From contig JAWCLA010000001.1 of NCBI GenBank assembly GCA_039091855.1, forward strand, positions 13,267 to 62,628: DNA of 49,362 nt. Direction: 5' to 3'. The notes under the pieces were generated by a model, which did no database searches, was not told the origin of the DNA, and worked only from the letters and a program-made list of their open reading frames with translations. Position 1 is the first letter of the stretch. The number at the start of each line of letters is the position of its first letter. Positions 1 to 10,258 of this stretch are shown piece after piece. Made by a program: the position numbers and the translations under genes. The DNA is from Candidatus Aenigmatarchaeota archaeon (GTDB taxonomy: Archaea > Aenigmatarchaeota > Aenigmatarchaeia > QMZP01).

Positions 1-390
1 ATAAGCGGCATAGCCTTTGAGCAATACAGCGATGTTTTCCCAAAGGCAAAAGGGTCAACAGTAACTGTTTATTATGACTATGATGGGGACAACAACTATG
101 ATGGTTATATGACAGTTTCTGTGGGGCCAGAGCCTTCTGACATTTTTGACCCTGAAAATGATTCAATAGATGATTCCTTTATGCGGCTTATGGACTCAAT
201 AAACTTTATCTGGGATTCAAACCCAAACTCGTACGGAAACGGGACTGCTGAAAACCCTTATGATGGCATAAGCCCACAAAATCCTGTGGACCTTCAAATA
301 ACATCCGAGGTTGAATTTGAAAGCGTGACAGCATCCGAAATACCATCCCTTTGGGGACCTGCAATAATGGAGATAAGGATATGGTCATAA
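1..390 (+). CDS. surface/secreted protein, C-terminal fragment (5' end outside window)
   Basis: Frame 1 is open from base 1 to the stop at 388-390. Acidic, Asn/Ser/Pro-rich, no catalytic motif. Overlaps the next pilin-like gene by 10 nt, so likely the same operon. Confidence 0.4.
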   Translation: MSGIAFEQYSDVFPKAKGSTVTVYYDYDGDNNYDGYMTVSVGPEPSDIFDPENDSIDDSFMRLMDSINFIWDSNPNSYGNGTAENPYDGISPQNPVDLQITSEVEFESVTASEIPSLWGPAIMEIRIWS

Positions 391-1586
391 AAAGGTTTCA
401 AAAAGGCCAGATGTATTCAGCAATAGCGATTTTGATAATGATACCAATAGTTGTTTTTGTGGCTTATTATATAACTGCAAGCCAAAACATAAAATTAGGT
501 GTAACGGAAAAGGTGATTGCTGACCAGCAGCAGCAGGTTGCAAAGGGAATTGAAGATGATTTTGAAAGGGCAATGAAGATATCTGGAAGGAGGGCTTTGC
601 TGTCAGCAGTAAACAAGGTTGTTATATCCGGCTCCTTTCTTGACAACTCAACATTAAGGATTGGGGAACTTATGCTCAATTCAACAATTTATGGAAATCC
701 AAGCATTCTTATGGCAAACAACACGCTTGGCGAATGGAAATCAAGGATAATTTCGCAGAATCACAGCTTCAACATAGACGTCAATTTCACAAACTTGACT
801 GTAAAGAATTATGATGGTATGCATATAGAGGTCTCAATGATATTGACTTTGAATGTTTCTGACAAGCTTAACATATCGAGAATAGACAGGGTTTTGGATA
901 AGAAAGTCCTCGTTTCTGTGGAAGGTCTTGAGGACCCTGTTTACACGCTATCTACAGAAGGTTATGTTAAAAAAACAATAAGGAGTTATCCTTATCCTTA
1001 CTTCACGAGAAAATTCCAGGGAACAATAAATTCTGGGAACTGCTCAGGAAACTCCACATATGATGTAAACGACCCAAACCCGGGATATAAGATAGTCATA
1101 ATTCAAAACACGACAGGAATTCCGGATTCAACCCTTCAGGGATTCAAAGGGGTTGTGGTTGAAGAGGATGAGGACCTAAATTCAAAAGGGGTTTCTTGTT
1201 TTGTTTCCGGAGTGGAAAACGCTGTGGAGATTCCTGAAAACAAAACCGTCTGGATAGATAATCTGACTGCAAGTTTGTGGCTGCTTCCAATAATTGAAGG
1301 TGCAAAAAACACCTATTACTACAAAGGTGTTGGACCAAACTTCCTTCAGAGGCTTGAGGGAAACCTTTCGGAATCGCCTGATGGAAAGGGGATTGAAAGC
1401 TTTGTTATGGAAGATATTGGCGTTCCTGAAAAGCCTTTGCAGACAAGAGTGGATTACCTGTTTTTTTCCAACCAGACATATCAAGGATGCTTCAAGGCGA
1501 GATGGGTTGAGGAATATTGGCTCAGAATGCAACAGGAAGAGATTGAGAGATATAATCTAACAGAACTAAGTTACAATACATGCTGA
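381..1586 (+). CDS. archaeal type IV pilin-like protein (class III signal peptide), rich in N-glycosylation sequons
   Basis: Start moved to ATG 381 (MVIKRFQKGQMYSAIAILIMIPIVVFVAYY): basic residues, then KG|Q, then about 20 hydrophobic residues. At least 15 N-x-S/T sequons in about 400 aa. Confidence 0.55.
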   Translation: MVIKRFQKGQMYSAIAILIMIPIVVFVAYYITASQNIKLGVTEKVIADQQQQVAKGIEDDFERAMKISGRRALLSAVNKVVISGSFLDNSTLRIGELMLNSTIYGNPSILMANNTLGEWKSRIISQNHSFNIDVNFTNLTVKNYDGMHIEVSMILTLNVSDKLNISRIDRVLDKKVLVSVEGLEDPVYTLSTEGYVKKTIRSYPYPYFTRKFQGTINSGNCSGNSTYDVNDPNPGYKIVIIQNTTGIPDSTLQGFKGVVVEEDEDLNSKGVSCFVSGVENAVEIPENKTVWIDNLTASLWLLPIIEGAKNTYYYKGVGPNFLQRLEGNLSESPDGKGIESFVMEDIGVPEKPLQTRVDYLFFSNQTYQGCFKARWVEEYWLRMQQEEIERYNLTELSYNTC

Positions 1587-1626
1587 ATGATGAGATGATT
1601 TAAGAAAGCAGGAGGAATAGATAAAG

Positions 1627-2364
1627 ATGAAAGTAATTGCCTTTTTACTATTTGCTGGAATCATTGGTTCAATTTTTTTATATTACATATCAAATTTTCA
1701 TTATGAGACTGTTGAATGTGAAAGGGGCGACAGGCTTTGCATAGAAAATTTTGAAACTAACAGAGAAAACTGCATACCATCCTCAACAATAATACATGGT
1801 AGAGACGGGATAGTTCTTATGGTCAATATAACAAGAGAAGATGGCAAATGTGTAAGGAAGGAAACTGTAATTGGTTCTGAAAATCCAGAAAGTGATTATC
1901 TTTTAGGTAGAAATATGACGTGTGAATATGGGCTTTCAGGTCTTCAAAACCCTTCGGAAACAAAATGCCCTGGCTCTCTTTATGATTATGTTGTAGAGGG
2001 AAAAGGAAGTGCTCTTGGAGGAGGCTCTATAATCCCAACAAATCCTAGAAAGGAATGCGGTCTTGAGGATGAGGAATGCAAATACAAAGGAATAGGATAT
2101 ATTGAAAGCTGCATAGATGCAGAGATAATAACAACTGATCTTAGATGGGAGCCTTTGGGTTATTGGACAATGCTTACAAAAGTTAACAGAAGAGATAATA
2201 TATGCATCCTTTATTTTGAGATACTGAATGCAGTAAATCTTCCCCCTGGGATTCCAACCACAATTATAGGCAGCAATATGACTTGCAAGATACCGGTTTC
2301 GGAATTTCCTATACAAAACCTTACAGCATCTTGGTGCGCAGGAGAGCTTTACAACTATATCTAA
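1627..2364 (+). CDS. membrane-anchored Cys-rich extracellular protein, function unknown
   Basis: N-terminal signal anchor MKVIAFLLFAGIIGSIFLYYI. 12 Cys in 245 aa. GGAGG at 1611-1615 upstream of the ATG. Confidence 0.5.
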   Translation: MKVIAFLLFAGIIGSIFLYYISNFHYETVECERGDRLCIENFETNRENCIPSSTIIHGRDGIVLMVNITREDGKCVRKETVIGSENPESDYLLGRNMTCEYGLSGLQNPSETKCPGSLYDYVVEGKGSALGGGSIIPTNPRKECGLEDEECKYKGIGYIESCIDAEIITTDLRWEPLGYWTMLTKVNRRDNICILYFEILNAVNLPPGIPTTIIGSNMTCKIPVSEFPIQNLTASWCAGELYNYI

Positions 2365-2411
2365 GGTATAGATTAATTACCATAAAGGGAAATAATTAAT
2401 AGAGGGTTCAG

Positions 2412-3038
2412 ATGCCAAAAGAAAAAAAATCAGGAAAGGTGTCCGTGGAAAAAATACTTACAGGAAAGGATATACAGTGGAAAAAAACTGATGGCAAAAC
2501 ACCATATCTGGAAACAAGCATAGACAAGCTTTACAAACTGGTTAAGGAAAGGTCAAGGGTTGGCTTTGATGAGGCAGCTGAAAAATTTAATGCTGAAAGG
2601 GAGCAGATAGAGTCTTGGGCAAAAATACTTGAGGAGCACAAGCTGATAAAGGTCCATTACCCGGTTTTCGGAAGGCCTGTTATGATATTCAGGGAAATGG
2701 AAAAAAAGAAATTCATTAAAGAGGGTTTAAAACAGAAACCGAAAAACAGGATGACAAAAATAGGGATAGGGATTGCAGGTTGCTTATTGGTTTTCTTTGG
2801 ATATGTAAACTTTGTTACAAATGCTTTCACTCTTAGTATAAGGTCGCAGCTTAACGTTATCTTCTGGAGGTTTTTCGGGATTTTTGGATTCCTTCCCTAC
2901 CCGATAAACATTATAATTCCTGTTTCAATAGTTATAGTGATTCTGTTGATAATTACAAAGTTAAAGAGAAAAAAGAGCAACACAGAAGAAAGGATAGGCA
3001 GCAAGCTGAAAAACATTAAAAAAGAGCTGGGGTCCTGA
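2412..3038 (+). CDS. membrane protein of pilus-like locus (soluble N-domain plus C-terminal TM helices)
   Basis: Lys-rich soluble N-terminal part, then hydrophobic segments IGIGIAGCLLVFFGYVNFV and IIIPVSIVIVILLIITKL. Its stop TGA (3036-3038) overlaps the ATG (3038-3040) of the ATPase gene. Confidence 0.5.
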   Translation: MPKEKKSGKVSVEKILTGKDIQWKKTDGKTPYLETSIDKLYKLVKERSRVGFDEAAEKFNAEREQIESWAKILEEHKLIKVHYPVFGRPVMIFREMEKKKFIKEGLKQKPKNRMTKIGIGIAGCLLVFFGYVNFVTNAFTLSIRSQLNVIFWRFFGIFGFLPYPINIIIPVSIVIVILLIITKLKRKKSNTEERIGSKLKNIKKELGS

Positions 3039-4612
3039 TGGAAAAAAAGGATTTGATAGAGTCTTATGAACTGGTTGTGGATGATGTTCCAGCAACCATA
3101 AAGATAGTTCTCGATAAATCGGAATTTGTCCCTATTTACGAGATGATTTTTCCCGAGATTGAAAAGCCCACAATGGCTGCACTGGATTACATAAGGGAGA
3201 GGCTCATATCTGAGCTTTCAATAGAGCCTGAAGAGATACTGAACACAAAGGAACTTGAACAGCTGAAAAAGGAGTTTGCAGAGAAGGCTCTTAAACTTAT
3301 AAAGAAGGAGATACCAAACCTTTCGGAAAGGAACCAAAGGATACTGGTTGGTATTCTCCTGCACAACTCCCTTGGCTTGGGCCCTCTGGAGATTCTGCTT
3401 CAGGACAAAAACTTGGAGGAAATAGTTATAAACAATTCCAAAAGCCCGATATGGGTTTACCATTTGAGGCTTGGATGGCTTAAAACCAACATTATAATAC
3501 CCTCTGAAACGAGCATATACAACTATGCATCTGCGATAGGGAGGCGTGTCGGAACTCAGATAACAAACCTTAGCCCACTTATGGATGCTTACCTCACTTC
3601 TGGAGACAGGGCAAATGCCACGCTGTTCCCGATAAGCTCGGAAGGTAACACCTTAACTATAAGGAAGTTCGCAAGAAGGCCCTGGACGATAACAGATTTC
3701 GTAGAAAGCGGGACGCTTTCATTGGATGTTGCTGCATTCCTCTGGCTTGCCATACAGTACGAGCTTAATGTTGTTGTTGCAGGTGGAACTGCATCAGGAA
3801 AGACTTCCCTGCTTAATGCTTTGACATGCTTCATACCGCCTAACCACAGGATTATTTCAATAGAGGACACGAGGGAGATACAGCTTCCAAAATACCTTCA
3901 CTGGGTGCCTCTTACCACAAGGCCGCCAAACCCGGAGGGTATGGGTGAGGTAACAATGTTGCAGTTGATGATAAATGCCTTAAGGATGAGGCCTGACAGG
4001 ATAATAGTTGGAGAGATAAGGAGGGGAAAGGAGGCGCAGGTTCTTTTTGAGGCAATAAATACAGGCCATTCGGTTTATTCAACACTTCACGCAAACACAG
4101 CTGACGAAACGTTCAGAAGACTAATAAATCCTCCAATAGACATACCTGTGGCTCTTCTAGGTAGTTTGCAGCTGATAGTAGTAATGCACAGGGACAGGAG
4201 AAGGGGCATAAGGAGGGTTCTTGAGGTGGCAGAACTTATCCCAACAGCTGGACTTAAGCAGCTCGGTATAGAGCTTAACCTTATATTCAGGTGGATAGCT
4301 TCAGAGGATATGATAACAGAATTGGCCAAGTCTTACAGGGCAATAAGCGACATAAAGCTTTATTCTGGTATGAGTGATGAGGACATAAAGAGGGACATGG
4401 AGGACAAGAAAAAGGTATTGAAATGGCTCGTTAAAAACAAGGTAAAGGACATCCACGAGGTAGGAAGGATAGTTTCAGAATATTACAGGAACAAGGAAGA
4501 GCTGATGAAAACTGTTGAAAGGGATATAGGAGAAGATACCAAAACTGGCAAAAAACTTCCTCTTTCTGGAAAGAGGACTGGAAAGCTTTTTCCAAAGAAG
4601 TCAAAAGATTAA
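3038..4612 (+). CDS. type IV pilus/archaellum-type secretion ATPase (FlaI/PilB/VirB11 superfamily)
   Basis: Walker A AGGTASGKTSLLNAL, Asp box ISIEDTREIQL, RPDRIIVGEIRRGKEA, His box SVYSTLHANT. Confidence 0.9.
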   Translation: MEKKDLIESYELVVDDVPATIKIVLDKSEFVPIYEMIFPEIEKPTMAALDYIRERLISELSIEPEEILNTKELEQLKKEFAEKALKLIKKEIPNLSERNQRILVGILLHNSLGLGPLEILLQDKNLEEIVINNSKSPIWVYHLRLGWLKTNIIIPSETSIYNYASAIGRRVGTQITNLSPLMDAYLTSGDRANATLFPISSEGNTLTIRKFARRPWTITDFVESGTLSLDVAAFLWLAIQYELNVVVAGGTASGKTSLLNALTCFIPPNHRIISIEDTREIQLPKYLHWVPLTTRPPNPEGMGEVTMLQLMINALRMRPDRIIVGEIRRGKEAQVLFEAINTGHSVYSTLHANTADETFRRLINPPIDIPVALLGSLQLIVVMHRDRRRGIRRVLEVAELIPTAGLKQLGIELNLIFRWIASEDMITELAKSYRAISDIKLYSGMSDEDIKRDMEDKKKVLKWLVKNKVKDIHEVGRIVSEYYRNKEELMKTVERDIGEDTKTGKKLPLSGKRTGKLFPKKSKD

Positions 4613-4650
4613 TCAGCACAATATTTATTGAAGGATTGCAATATTTTTAT

Positions 4651-6147
4651 ATGCGAAAGGGATTTATGCGTATAGTCGAGATAGTGATAGTAACGATGCT
4701 TGCCTTTGCTGTTCTGGTGCAGTTTTACCAGATTCCTAAGCAAGAAACAGAATGGGAAAAACTAAAGCTTTCTTTACAGGCAAATGACATTATTTTGTCC
4801 CTTGATAAAAAGGGTGTTGACTGGTTCAATTACACAGAGGTAGACAAGGTTATAATTAACAGCATTTCAGGTAATATGTTTTACAACCTGAAAATAGATA
4901 ACGTAATAAAAAACGAGATAAATGTGGGGTGCATATGCAGTGTTGCTGAAACTGCAGGTTTAAGCAATGCTCTTAAATATTTTGATTTAAACAGGCAGGA
5001 AACCGAATTCAGAGTAAGCCAAATTTCACCTGACTCTATATCATTTTCCCACGAATATGATGTCATAGTGGTTTTCGACTACAATCTTACAGAAAATTAC
5101 ACTCAGATAAGGCATTTTCTAGATGCAGGCAAGGGAATTGTGGAATTCAGGCATTTTGACATATCAGAAATTGATTCTGTACAAAGTGATTTCTTCGGGT
5201 TGGAATGGAATTCCTCTTTAAATCCAAATTCTAATCCTGTAGAATTTGTGTCAAATGAAAGTTACGAGACTTACTACAATATTTACAAATACTTTCATCA
5301 CATACCTATTTTTCAGGACAATTTCAGCAGCAGCTCTGGAGAGTGGTCTGTGCAAACAGGTACGTGGAATTTACAAAACGGAAATTATGTCGGGACAGGC
5401 ACGCCTGCAATAGTGACAACAAATGCACAGTTCCAGAATTATTCATTAAGGGCTATGTTTTCCTCGCAGACCGCCAGAAACATAATGCTTATAGTTTACT
5501 GGCAGGACATAAGCAATTATGGAGCCGTTGGTATTGATATGGATTCTGACACTGTAACTGTTTTTGAAAACATATCAGGAAATCCTATAAACAGGGGCTC
5601 TGCGCCTTCTCCCATCCCTTTAAATTATAACAACTGGTATAGTATGAAAATAATCTCAGAGGGAAACAATGTTGATATCTATATAAATAATTCTTATGTT
5701 ATATCTGCTACACTCTCAAATATTCCACAAAGAATTGGCCTTGGTGTTGAAAATGGACAGGCTTCCTTTGACAATGTGAGGGTAACATTTTCGGAAAATC
5801 ATATATTTTCGAACATTTTGCAAAATGAAAAGGTAGGGCCAAATCCAAATGCCAAGCATTCGAAAACCGTTCTTGTCCAGCAAGGTACAAATACACCTTC
5901 CTGTATAATTAATACAAACATTGTAAATGGAAGGGGAAGAACGGCATGGCTGGCTTCTGGTTCAGGAATCAATCAGGAAACAGGAAATATGCTAAAATCT
6001 CTTGTTTCGTGGGCTGCAGGAGAGGAGAGGTATATTGTTAAAAATGAAGTGAGAAATGCCGTTGTTGCAAAGGTTTACAAGGTATATGACGAAGACATAT
6101 ACCAACCTGTTGAGATTACTCTTTCCATAGGAAGCCTTTACTCCTGA
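4651..6147 (+). CDS. pilin-like protein with bacterial-style KGF prepilin N-terminus and a probable ConA/LamG-like beta-sandwich domain
   Basis: ATG at 4651 gives MRKGFMRIVEIVIVTMLAFAVLV (KG|F, Glu at +6, hydrophobic helix). The C-terminal half has WSVQTGTWNLQNGNYVG ... YSMKIISEGNNVDIYINN ... ASFDNVRVTF, reminiscent of DUF1080/LamG lectin folds. The fold assignment is tentative. Confidence 0.55.
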   Translation: MRKGFMRIVEIVIVTMLAFAVLVQFYQIPKQETEWEKLKLSLQANDIILSLDKKGVDWFNYTEVDKVIINSISGNMFYNLKIDNVIKNEINVGCICSVAETAGLSNALKYFDLNRQETEFRVSQISPDSISFSHEYDVIVVFDYNLTENYTQIRHFLDAGKGIVEFRHFDISEIDSVQSDFFGLEWNSSLNPNSNPVEFVSNESYETYYNIYKYFHHIPIFQDNFSSSSGEWSVQTGTWNLQNGNYVGTGTPAIVTTNAQFQNYSLRAMFSSQTARNIMLIVYWQDISNYGAVGIDMDSDTVTVFENISGNPINRGSAPSPIPLNYNNWYSMKIISEGNNVDIYINNSYVISATLSNIPQRIGLGVENGQASFDNVRVTFSENHIFSNILQNEKVGPNPNAKHSKTVLVQQGTNTPSCIINTNIVNGRGRTAWLASGSGINQETGNMLKSLVSWAAGEERYIVKNEVRNAVVAKVYKVYDEDIYQPVEITLSIGSLYS

Positions 6148-7556
6148 TCCATTCTCCATCTAGGACCCTGTGGCGTGTCCTCAATAACAATTCCTTTTTT
6201 GCGAAGCTCTTCCCTTATGGCATCTGCCTCCTTCCATTTCTTTTGTTTTCTGAGATTTTCCCTTTTCTCAAGAAGTTCCCTTGTTTCTTTGTCAGCATCA
6301 TCTAATGAGTGCCATTTCTTTTTAACATTCTTAATATCGAGCCCAAGTATACTGTCTATATCAAAAATCGTTTCAAGAATCTGCTTTGCATTTTTATCAG
6401 AAATGCCTTCCTGCACAAGTATATTTGCATTCTTCATAAATTCAAAAAATGCTTTGAGAGCAAGAGGTGTGTTAAGGTCATCATCAAGAGCGTTCTCGAA
6501 GTCTTCTCTGAGTTTTTTGCACAGCTCCTTTGCCTTTGGGTTTTCCTTTCCTGATTTTATTTCCACAATCTCTGCAACAAAATTCTCAATACCCTTTACC
6601 GTTTCCTCAGCGGATTTCATTGCCTCCATCGTAAAGTTTAGCTTTGTTCTGTAATGCGCCGAAAGAAGGAGATATCTTATTGCCTTTGGACTGAATCCCT
6701 TTGAAAGCAAATCCCTCAGTGTGAAAAAATTTCCGAGTGATTTAGCCATCTTCTGACCGTTCACTAAAAGGTGCTCATTATGAAGCCAGAATCTAACGAA
6801 CTGCTTTCCTGTGGCTGCCTCTGACTGCGCTATCTCATTCTCATGATGTGGGAATACAAGGTCAACGCCTCCTGTGTGTATGTCAAATGTTTCCCCAAGG
6901 TATTTCATACTCATTGCAGAGCATTCTATGTGCCAGCCTGGTCTTCCCTTTCCTAACTCGGTTTCCCAGAAAACATTCCCGTCTTCTTCATTCCAGAACT
7001 TCCATAGAGCAAAGTCGCTTGCCGAACTCTTGTCGTACTCGTCCTGCCTGACGCGCGCTCCTGCTTTAAGCCCCTTTAAGCTTGTTCCTGAAAGCTTTCC
7101 GTAATCCTTGAATCTTGATATCTTGTAGTAGATTCCGTCCTTGCCCTTATAAGCATATCCTCTTTCTTCAAGCTTTTTCACAAGGGAAACCATTTCTTTT
7201 ATGTGCTCCGTTGCCCTTGGATATATTGTCGCTGGTTTTATGTTAAGTGATTTTATGTCCTCAAAAAAAGCCTTCTCATACCTTTCCGTAAACTCTTTCA
7301 GGGATATGCCTTCCTTCCTTGAATTCCTTATTGTCTTGTCATCGACATCGGTTATGTTCATAACCTGCTTAACATTAAAACCTTTCCATTCGAGATATCT
7401 CCTTAAAAGGTCCGCAAAAACATAGGAGCGAAAGTTTCCTATGTGGGCAAAATCGTAAACAGTAGGCCCGCAGTTATAGATGCCTACAACTCCCCTTTTC
7501 AAAGGACTGAAAACTTCCTTTTTCTTAGTAAGGGTGTTGTAAAATTTTATTTCCAT
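6138..7556 (-). CDS. cysS: cysteinyl-tRNA synthetase
   Basis: Class I motifs: HIGN (YDFAHIGNFRSY) and the KMSKS variant KMAKSLGN. CGPTVY zinc-site Cys. Typical length of 472 aa. Confidence 0.95.
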   Translation of the reverse strand: MEIKFYNTLTKKKEVFSPLKRGVVGIYNCGPTVYDFAHIGNFRSYVFADLLRRYLEWKGFNVKQVMNITDVDDKTIRNSRKEGISLKEFTERYEKAFFEDIKSLNIKPATIYPRATEHIKEMVSLVKKLEERGYAYKGKDGIYYKISRFKDYGKLSGTSLKGLKAGARVRQDEYDKSSASDFALWKFWNEEDGNVFWETELGKGRPGWHIECSAMSMKYLGETFDIHTGGVDLVFPHHENEIAQSEAATGKQFVRFWLHNEHLLVNGQKMAKSLGNFFTLRDLLSKGFSPKAIRYLLLSAHYRTKLNFTMEAMKSAEETVKGIENFVAEIVEIKSGKENPKAKELCKKLREDFENALDDDLNTPLALKAFFEFMKNANILVQEGISDKNAKQILETIFDIDSILGLDIKNVKKKWHSLDDADKETRELLEKRENLRKQKKWKEADAIREELRKKGIVIEDTPQGPRWRMDQE

Positions 7557-7600
7557 TTAATCAGCCTTATGTATAATAACAGGGCAAGATAATTATAAAT

Positions 7601-9754
7601 ATGGGTCTTTTCCGAAAGAAGAAATCTGCAATAGACAGGGCGCAGTTCAGAAGGATTGTGATGAGCCAGCAGAGGCACAAGGTTTATCTGCCTCCATACA
7701 GGTCAAAACCGATTATTTCGTCGAGGGAATACAGGATTTTCAAGCAGATGGAAAAAAGAAGGCTGAACTGGTACGAAAGGCTTGCCAAATTTTCTGAAAA
7801 TATACTAACGGTAAAGCCAGGCAAAAGGACAGAAGAGGAGCTCGGAAGCCAGATAGCATTCACAGGGCTTAGGGTAACGCCTGCAAGCGTGATGTCACTT
7901 TTCGTTCTTACGCTTGTTGTTTTCATAGTGATTGGAACTGCATTTACAATAGCGCTTATTTCAAATCCTGTATATGGGCTTACCATAATAGCAATCGGCT
8001 TGGGGCTTTCTTATTATTTTTACAAGTATCCCGCAAACCTGGTGAAAAGGCTGAGAATGCAGGCAAGCTCAGAGGTGGTTTTGGCGATTCTTTATATGGT
8101 TGTTTCTATGAGAATATCTCCAAACCTGGAGAGGGCATTAAGGTTCGCTGCTGCAAACATATCAGGGGCGTTGGCATGGGATATGAGAAGGCTTCTTTGG
8201 GACATAGAGATGAGGAGATATTATTCTGCTTCAGACGCGCTTACAGATTATATAGCGAAATGGAAGCCGGAAAACGAGGAGTTTGCAGAATCTCTCAGGC
8301 TTATAAGGGACTCGGAAACGCAGGTTCCTGAAAGGGGTATGAAGATTTTGGATGAGGCTCTTGATGTCATTCTTGACGGCACAAAAACGAGAATGAAGCA
8401 TTATGCTCAGGAACTTAACCTGCCTGTAATGGTAATACATATGATGGGAATAGTGCTGCCTGTTTTGGGAACAATAATGGCGCCTCTTGCGGCTGTATTT
8501 ATGGCAGATGTTGTGTCTCCATTGTATTTCGTAATAGGGTATGACATAATTCTTCCTGTTGTTCTCATATGGTTCATAAACAATACGCTTAGCAAGAGAC
8601 CTGTCACATTTTCGCGTGTGGATATATCCAGGCATCCCAATATTCCACCAAAGGGCAAGTTCTGGATAGGAAAGGGTAAATCTATGCATGCCCTGCCAAT
8701 AGCAATTATAATTTTTCTCGCCTTCGTATTGCCTGCTGCATATTTCTTTTTGGAAAACCCAAAGCTAATTTCAATAGGTCTTACAGATACGGAAAGATGC
8801 ACCTTTTTTGGAAACTCTTATACAAAAGAGGATGGTGTTTGCCCTGGAATTTCTCTCGCTATGTCATTATTCATCATACTTGGTTTTGGAATAAGCCTTT
8901 CTGTTTACCTTATACTTTCTACATTTCAGACACTAAGGGTTCAGCAAGGTGTTGAGAGCATAGAGGGGCAGTTCGAGCTTGCCCTTTTCCAGCTTGGAAA
9001 CAGGATAAGGGGAGGGACACCTACAGAACTTGCAATGGAAAAGGCAATAGGTGATATGAAGGACATAGAGATATCCAACCTTTTCAGGATAGCACTGAGA
9101 AACATAAAAACGCTGGGAATGACGTTTGATGAGGCATTTTTCAACAGAAATTATGGGGCGTTAAGGTATTACCCATCACAGTTAATAAAGAACATAATGT
9201 ATGCAATTATTGACACATCAAAAAAAGGAGTTACATACGCATCTGAGGCTATGCTTAGGATTTCCCGATATCTGAAAAACATAAGGGAAACCCAGGAATA
9301 CATAAGGGAAATGCTTTCAGAAACCACATCATCAATGAAGTTCCAGGCTTACTTTTTGACTCCTTTGATAACAGGGCTGATAGTTTCTATGGCAGACGTT
9401 ATGATACAGGTTCTTGTTGCCCTTGGCAGTTATCTGAACTCTATTGCAGCGCCTGAAGGCGGTATTGCAGGAATGGACATATCAAAGCTATTTGCTGACA
9501 CAGAAAAGGTAATATCACCGTCCCTTTTCCAGTTAATAGTTGGCGTTTATGTTATAGAGGTTATAATAATACTCGGTATTTTCATGACAAAAATCAGCCA
9601 TGGCGAGAACAAGATACTTCAATGGAACATTGTCGGAAGGATGCTTCTTGTTGGAATGTTTATCTATTTCCTTGTGGCAATTATTTCGAGCACAATGTTT
9701 GGCGGACTCATAAGGGAGGCATTATCAGGAATTCTTGGTATGGAAACCCCTTAA
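7601..9754 (+). CDS. polytopic membrane protein with two T2SS-F (FlaJ/TadC/PilC-like) platform domains
   Basis: 717 aa with many TM helices. Two soluble helical segments (about aa 160-270 and 480-590) each precede TM bundles, as in pilus/archaellum platform proteins. Sits next to the pilus-like locus. Confidence 0.55.
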   Translation: MGLFRKKKSAIDRAQFRRIVMSQQRHKVYLPPYRSKPIISSREYRIFKQMEKRRLNWYERLAKFSENILTVKPGKRTEEELGSQIAFTGLRVTPASVMSLFVLTLVVFIVIGTAFTIALISNPVYGLTIIAIGLGLSYYFYKYPANLVKRLRMQASSEVVLAILYMVVSMRISPNLERALRFAAANISGALAWDMRRLLWDIEMRRYYSASDALTDYIAKWKPENEEFAESLRLIRDSETQVPERGMKILDEALDVILDGTKTRMKHYAQELNLPVMVIHMMGIVLPVLGTIMAPLAAVFMADVVSPLYFVIGYDIILPVVLIWFINNTLSKRPVTFSRVDISRHPNIPPKGKFWIGKGKSMHALPIAIIIFLAFVLPAAYFFLENPKLISIGLTDTERCTFFGNSYTKEDGVCPGISLAMSLFIILGFGISLSVYLILSTFQTLRVQQGVESIEGQFELALFQLGNRIRGGTPTELAMEKAIGDMKDIEISNLFRIALRNIKTLGMTFDEAFFNRNYGALRYYPSQLIKNIMYAIIDTSKKGVTYASEAMLRISRYLKNIRETQEYIREMLSETTSSMKFQAYFLTPLITGLIVSMADVMIQVLVALGSYLNSIAAPEGGIAGMDISKLFADTEKVISPSLFQLIVGVYVIEVIIILGIFMTKISHGENKILQWNIVGRMLLVGMFIYFLVAIISSTMFGGLIREALSGILGMETP

Positions 9755-9785
9755 TATAAAAAGAAAGTCTTAAATATCTCAAGTG

Positions 9786-9805
9786 ATATATCATTAATGA
9801 TATAT
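9786..9805. promoter_or_regulatory. perfect 20-bp palindrome ATATATCATTAATGATATAT at the padR start, candidate operator
   Basis: Read directly: 9786-9795 is the reverse complement of 9796-9805. It overlaps the first ATG (9797) and ends just before the second in-frame ATG (9806). Confidence 0.4.
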
Positions 9806-10258
9806 ATGAAAGGTGAGTCAAAAACTTTCTTATCCATTCCAAGAGGATTTGTGGAGATTCAGATACTAAGGATACTTGAAAAACCTTGCCATGGTTATGA
9901 GATAATAAAGCACTTTGAAAAGGAGTGTTCATGTTGGAAGCCTTCGCCGGGCTCTGTTTACCCTGTACTCAAAAAACTTAAAAAATCAGGGCTTGTGTCA
10001 GAAAAAACAATTGGAAAAAGGAAAGTTTATTCGCTGACAAAAAGCGGAAGGGAAAGGCTCAGGAAAATTGACTTTTATAGGAAGGAGATAAGAAGGAAGT
10101 TGGTTTCCCTTTTCAGGATGATGGGTGAGAATGCTGATTACATAGAAAGTGGTTTAGAGGTTTTTGAAAGAATAAAAAGAAGCCCTGAAAAGATAAAAAA
10201 ATTCAGAAAAATAAACGAGAGATTTATGAAGGAACTAGTGAAGCTTGCGGAGGAATAA
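9797..10258 (+). CDS. PadR-family transcriptional regulator
   Basis: Winged-helix signature ILRILEKPCHGYEIIKHFEK ... SPGSVYPVLKKLKKSGLV. Small size (about 150 aa). True start may be ATG 9806. Confidence 0.8.
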   Translation: MIYMKGESKTFLSIPRGFVEIQILRILEKPCHGYEIIKHFEKECSCWKPSPGSVYPVLKKLKKSGLVSEKTIGKRKVYSLTKSGRERLRKIDFYRKEIRRKLVSLFRMMGENADYIESGLEVFERIKRSPEKIKKFRKINERFMKELVKLAEE

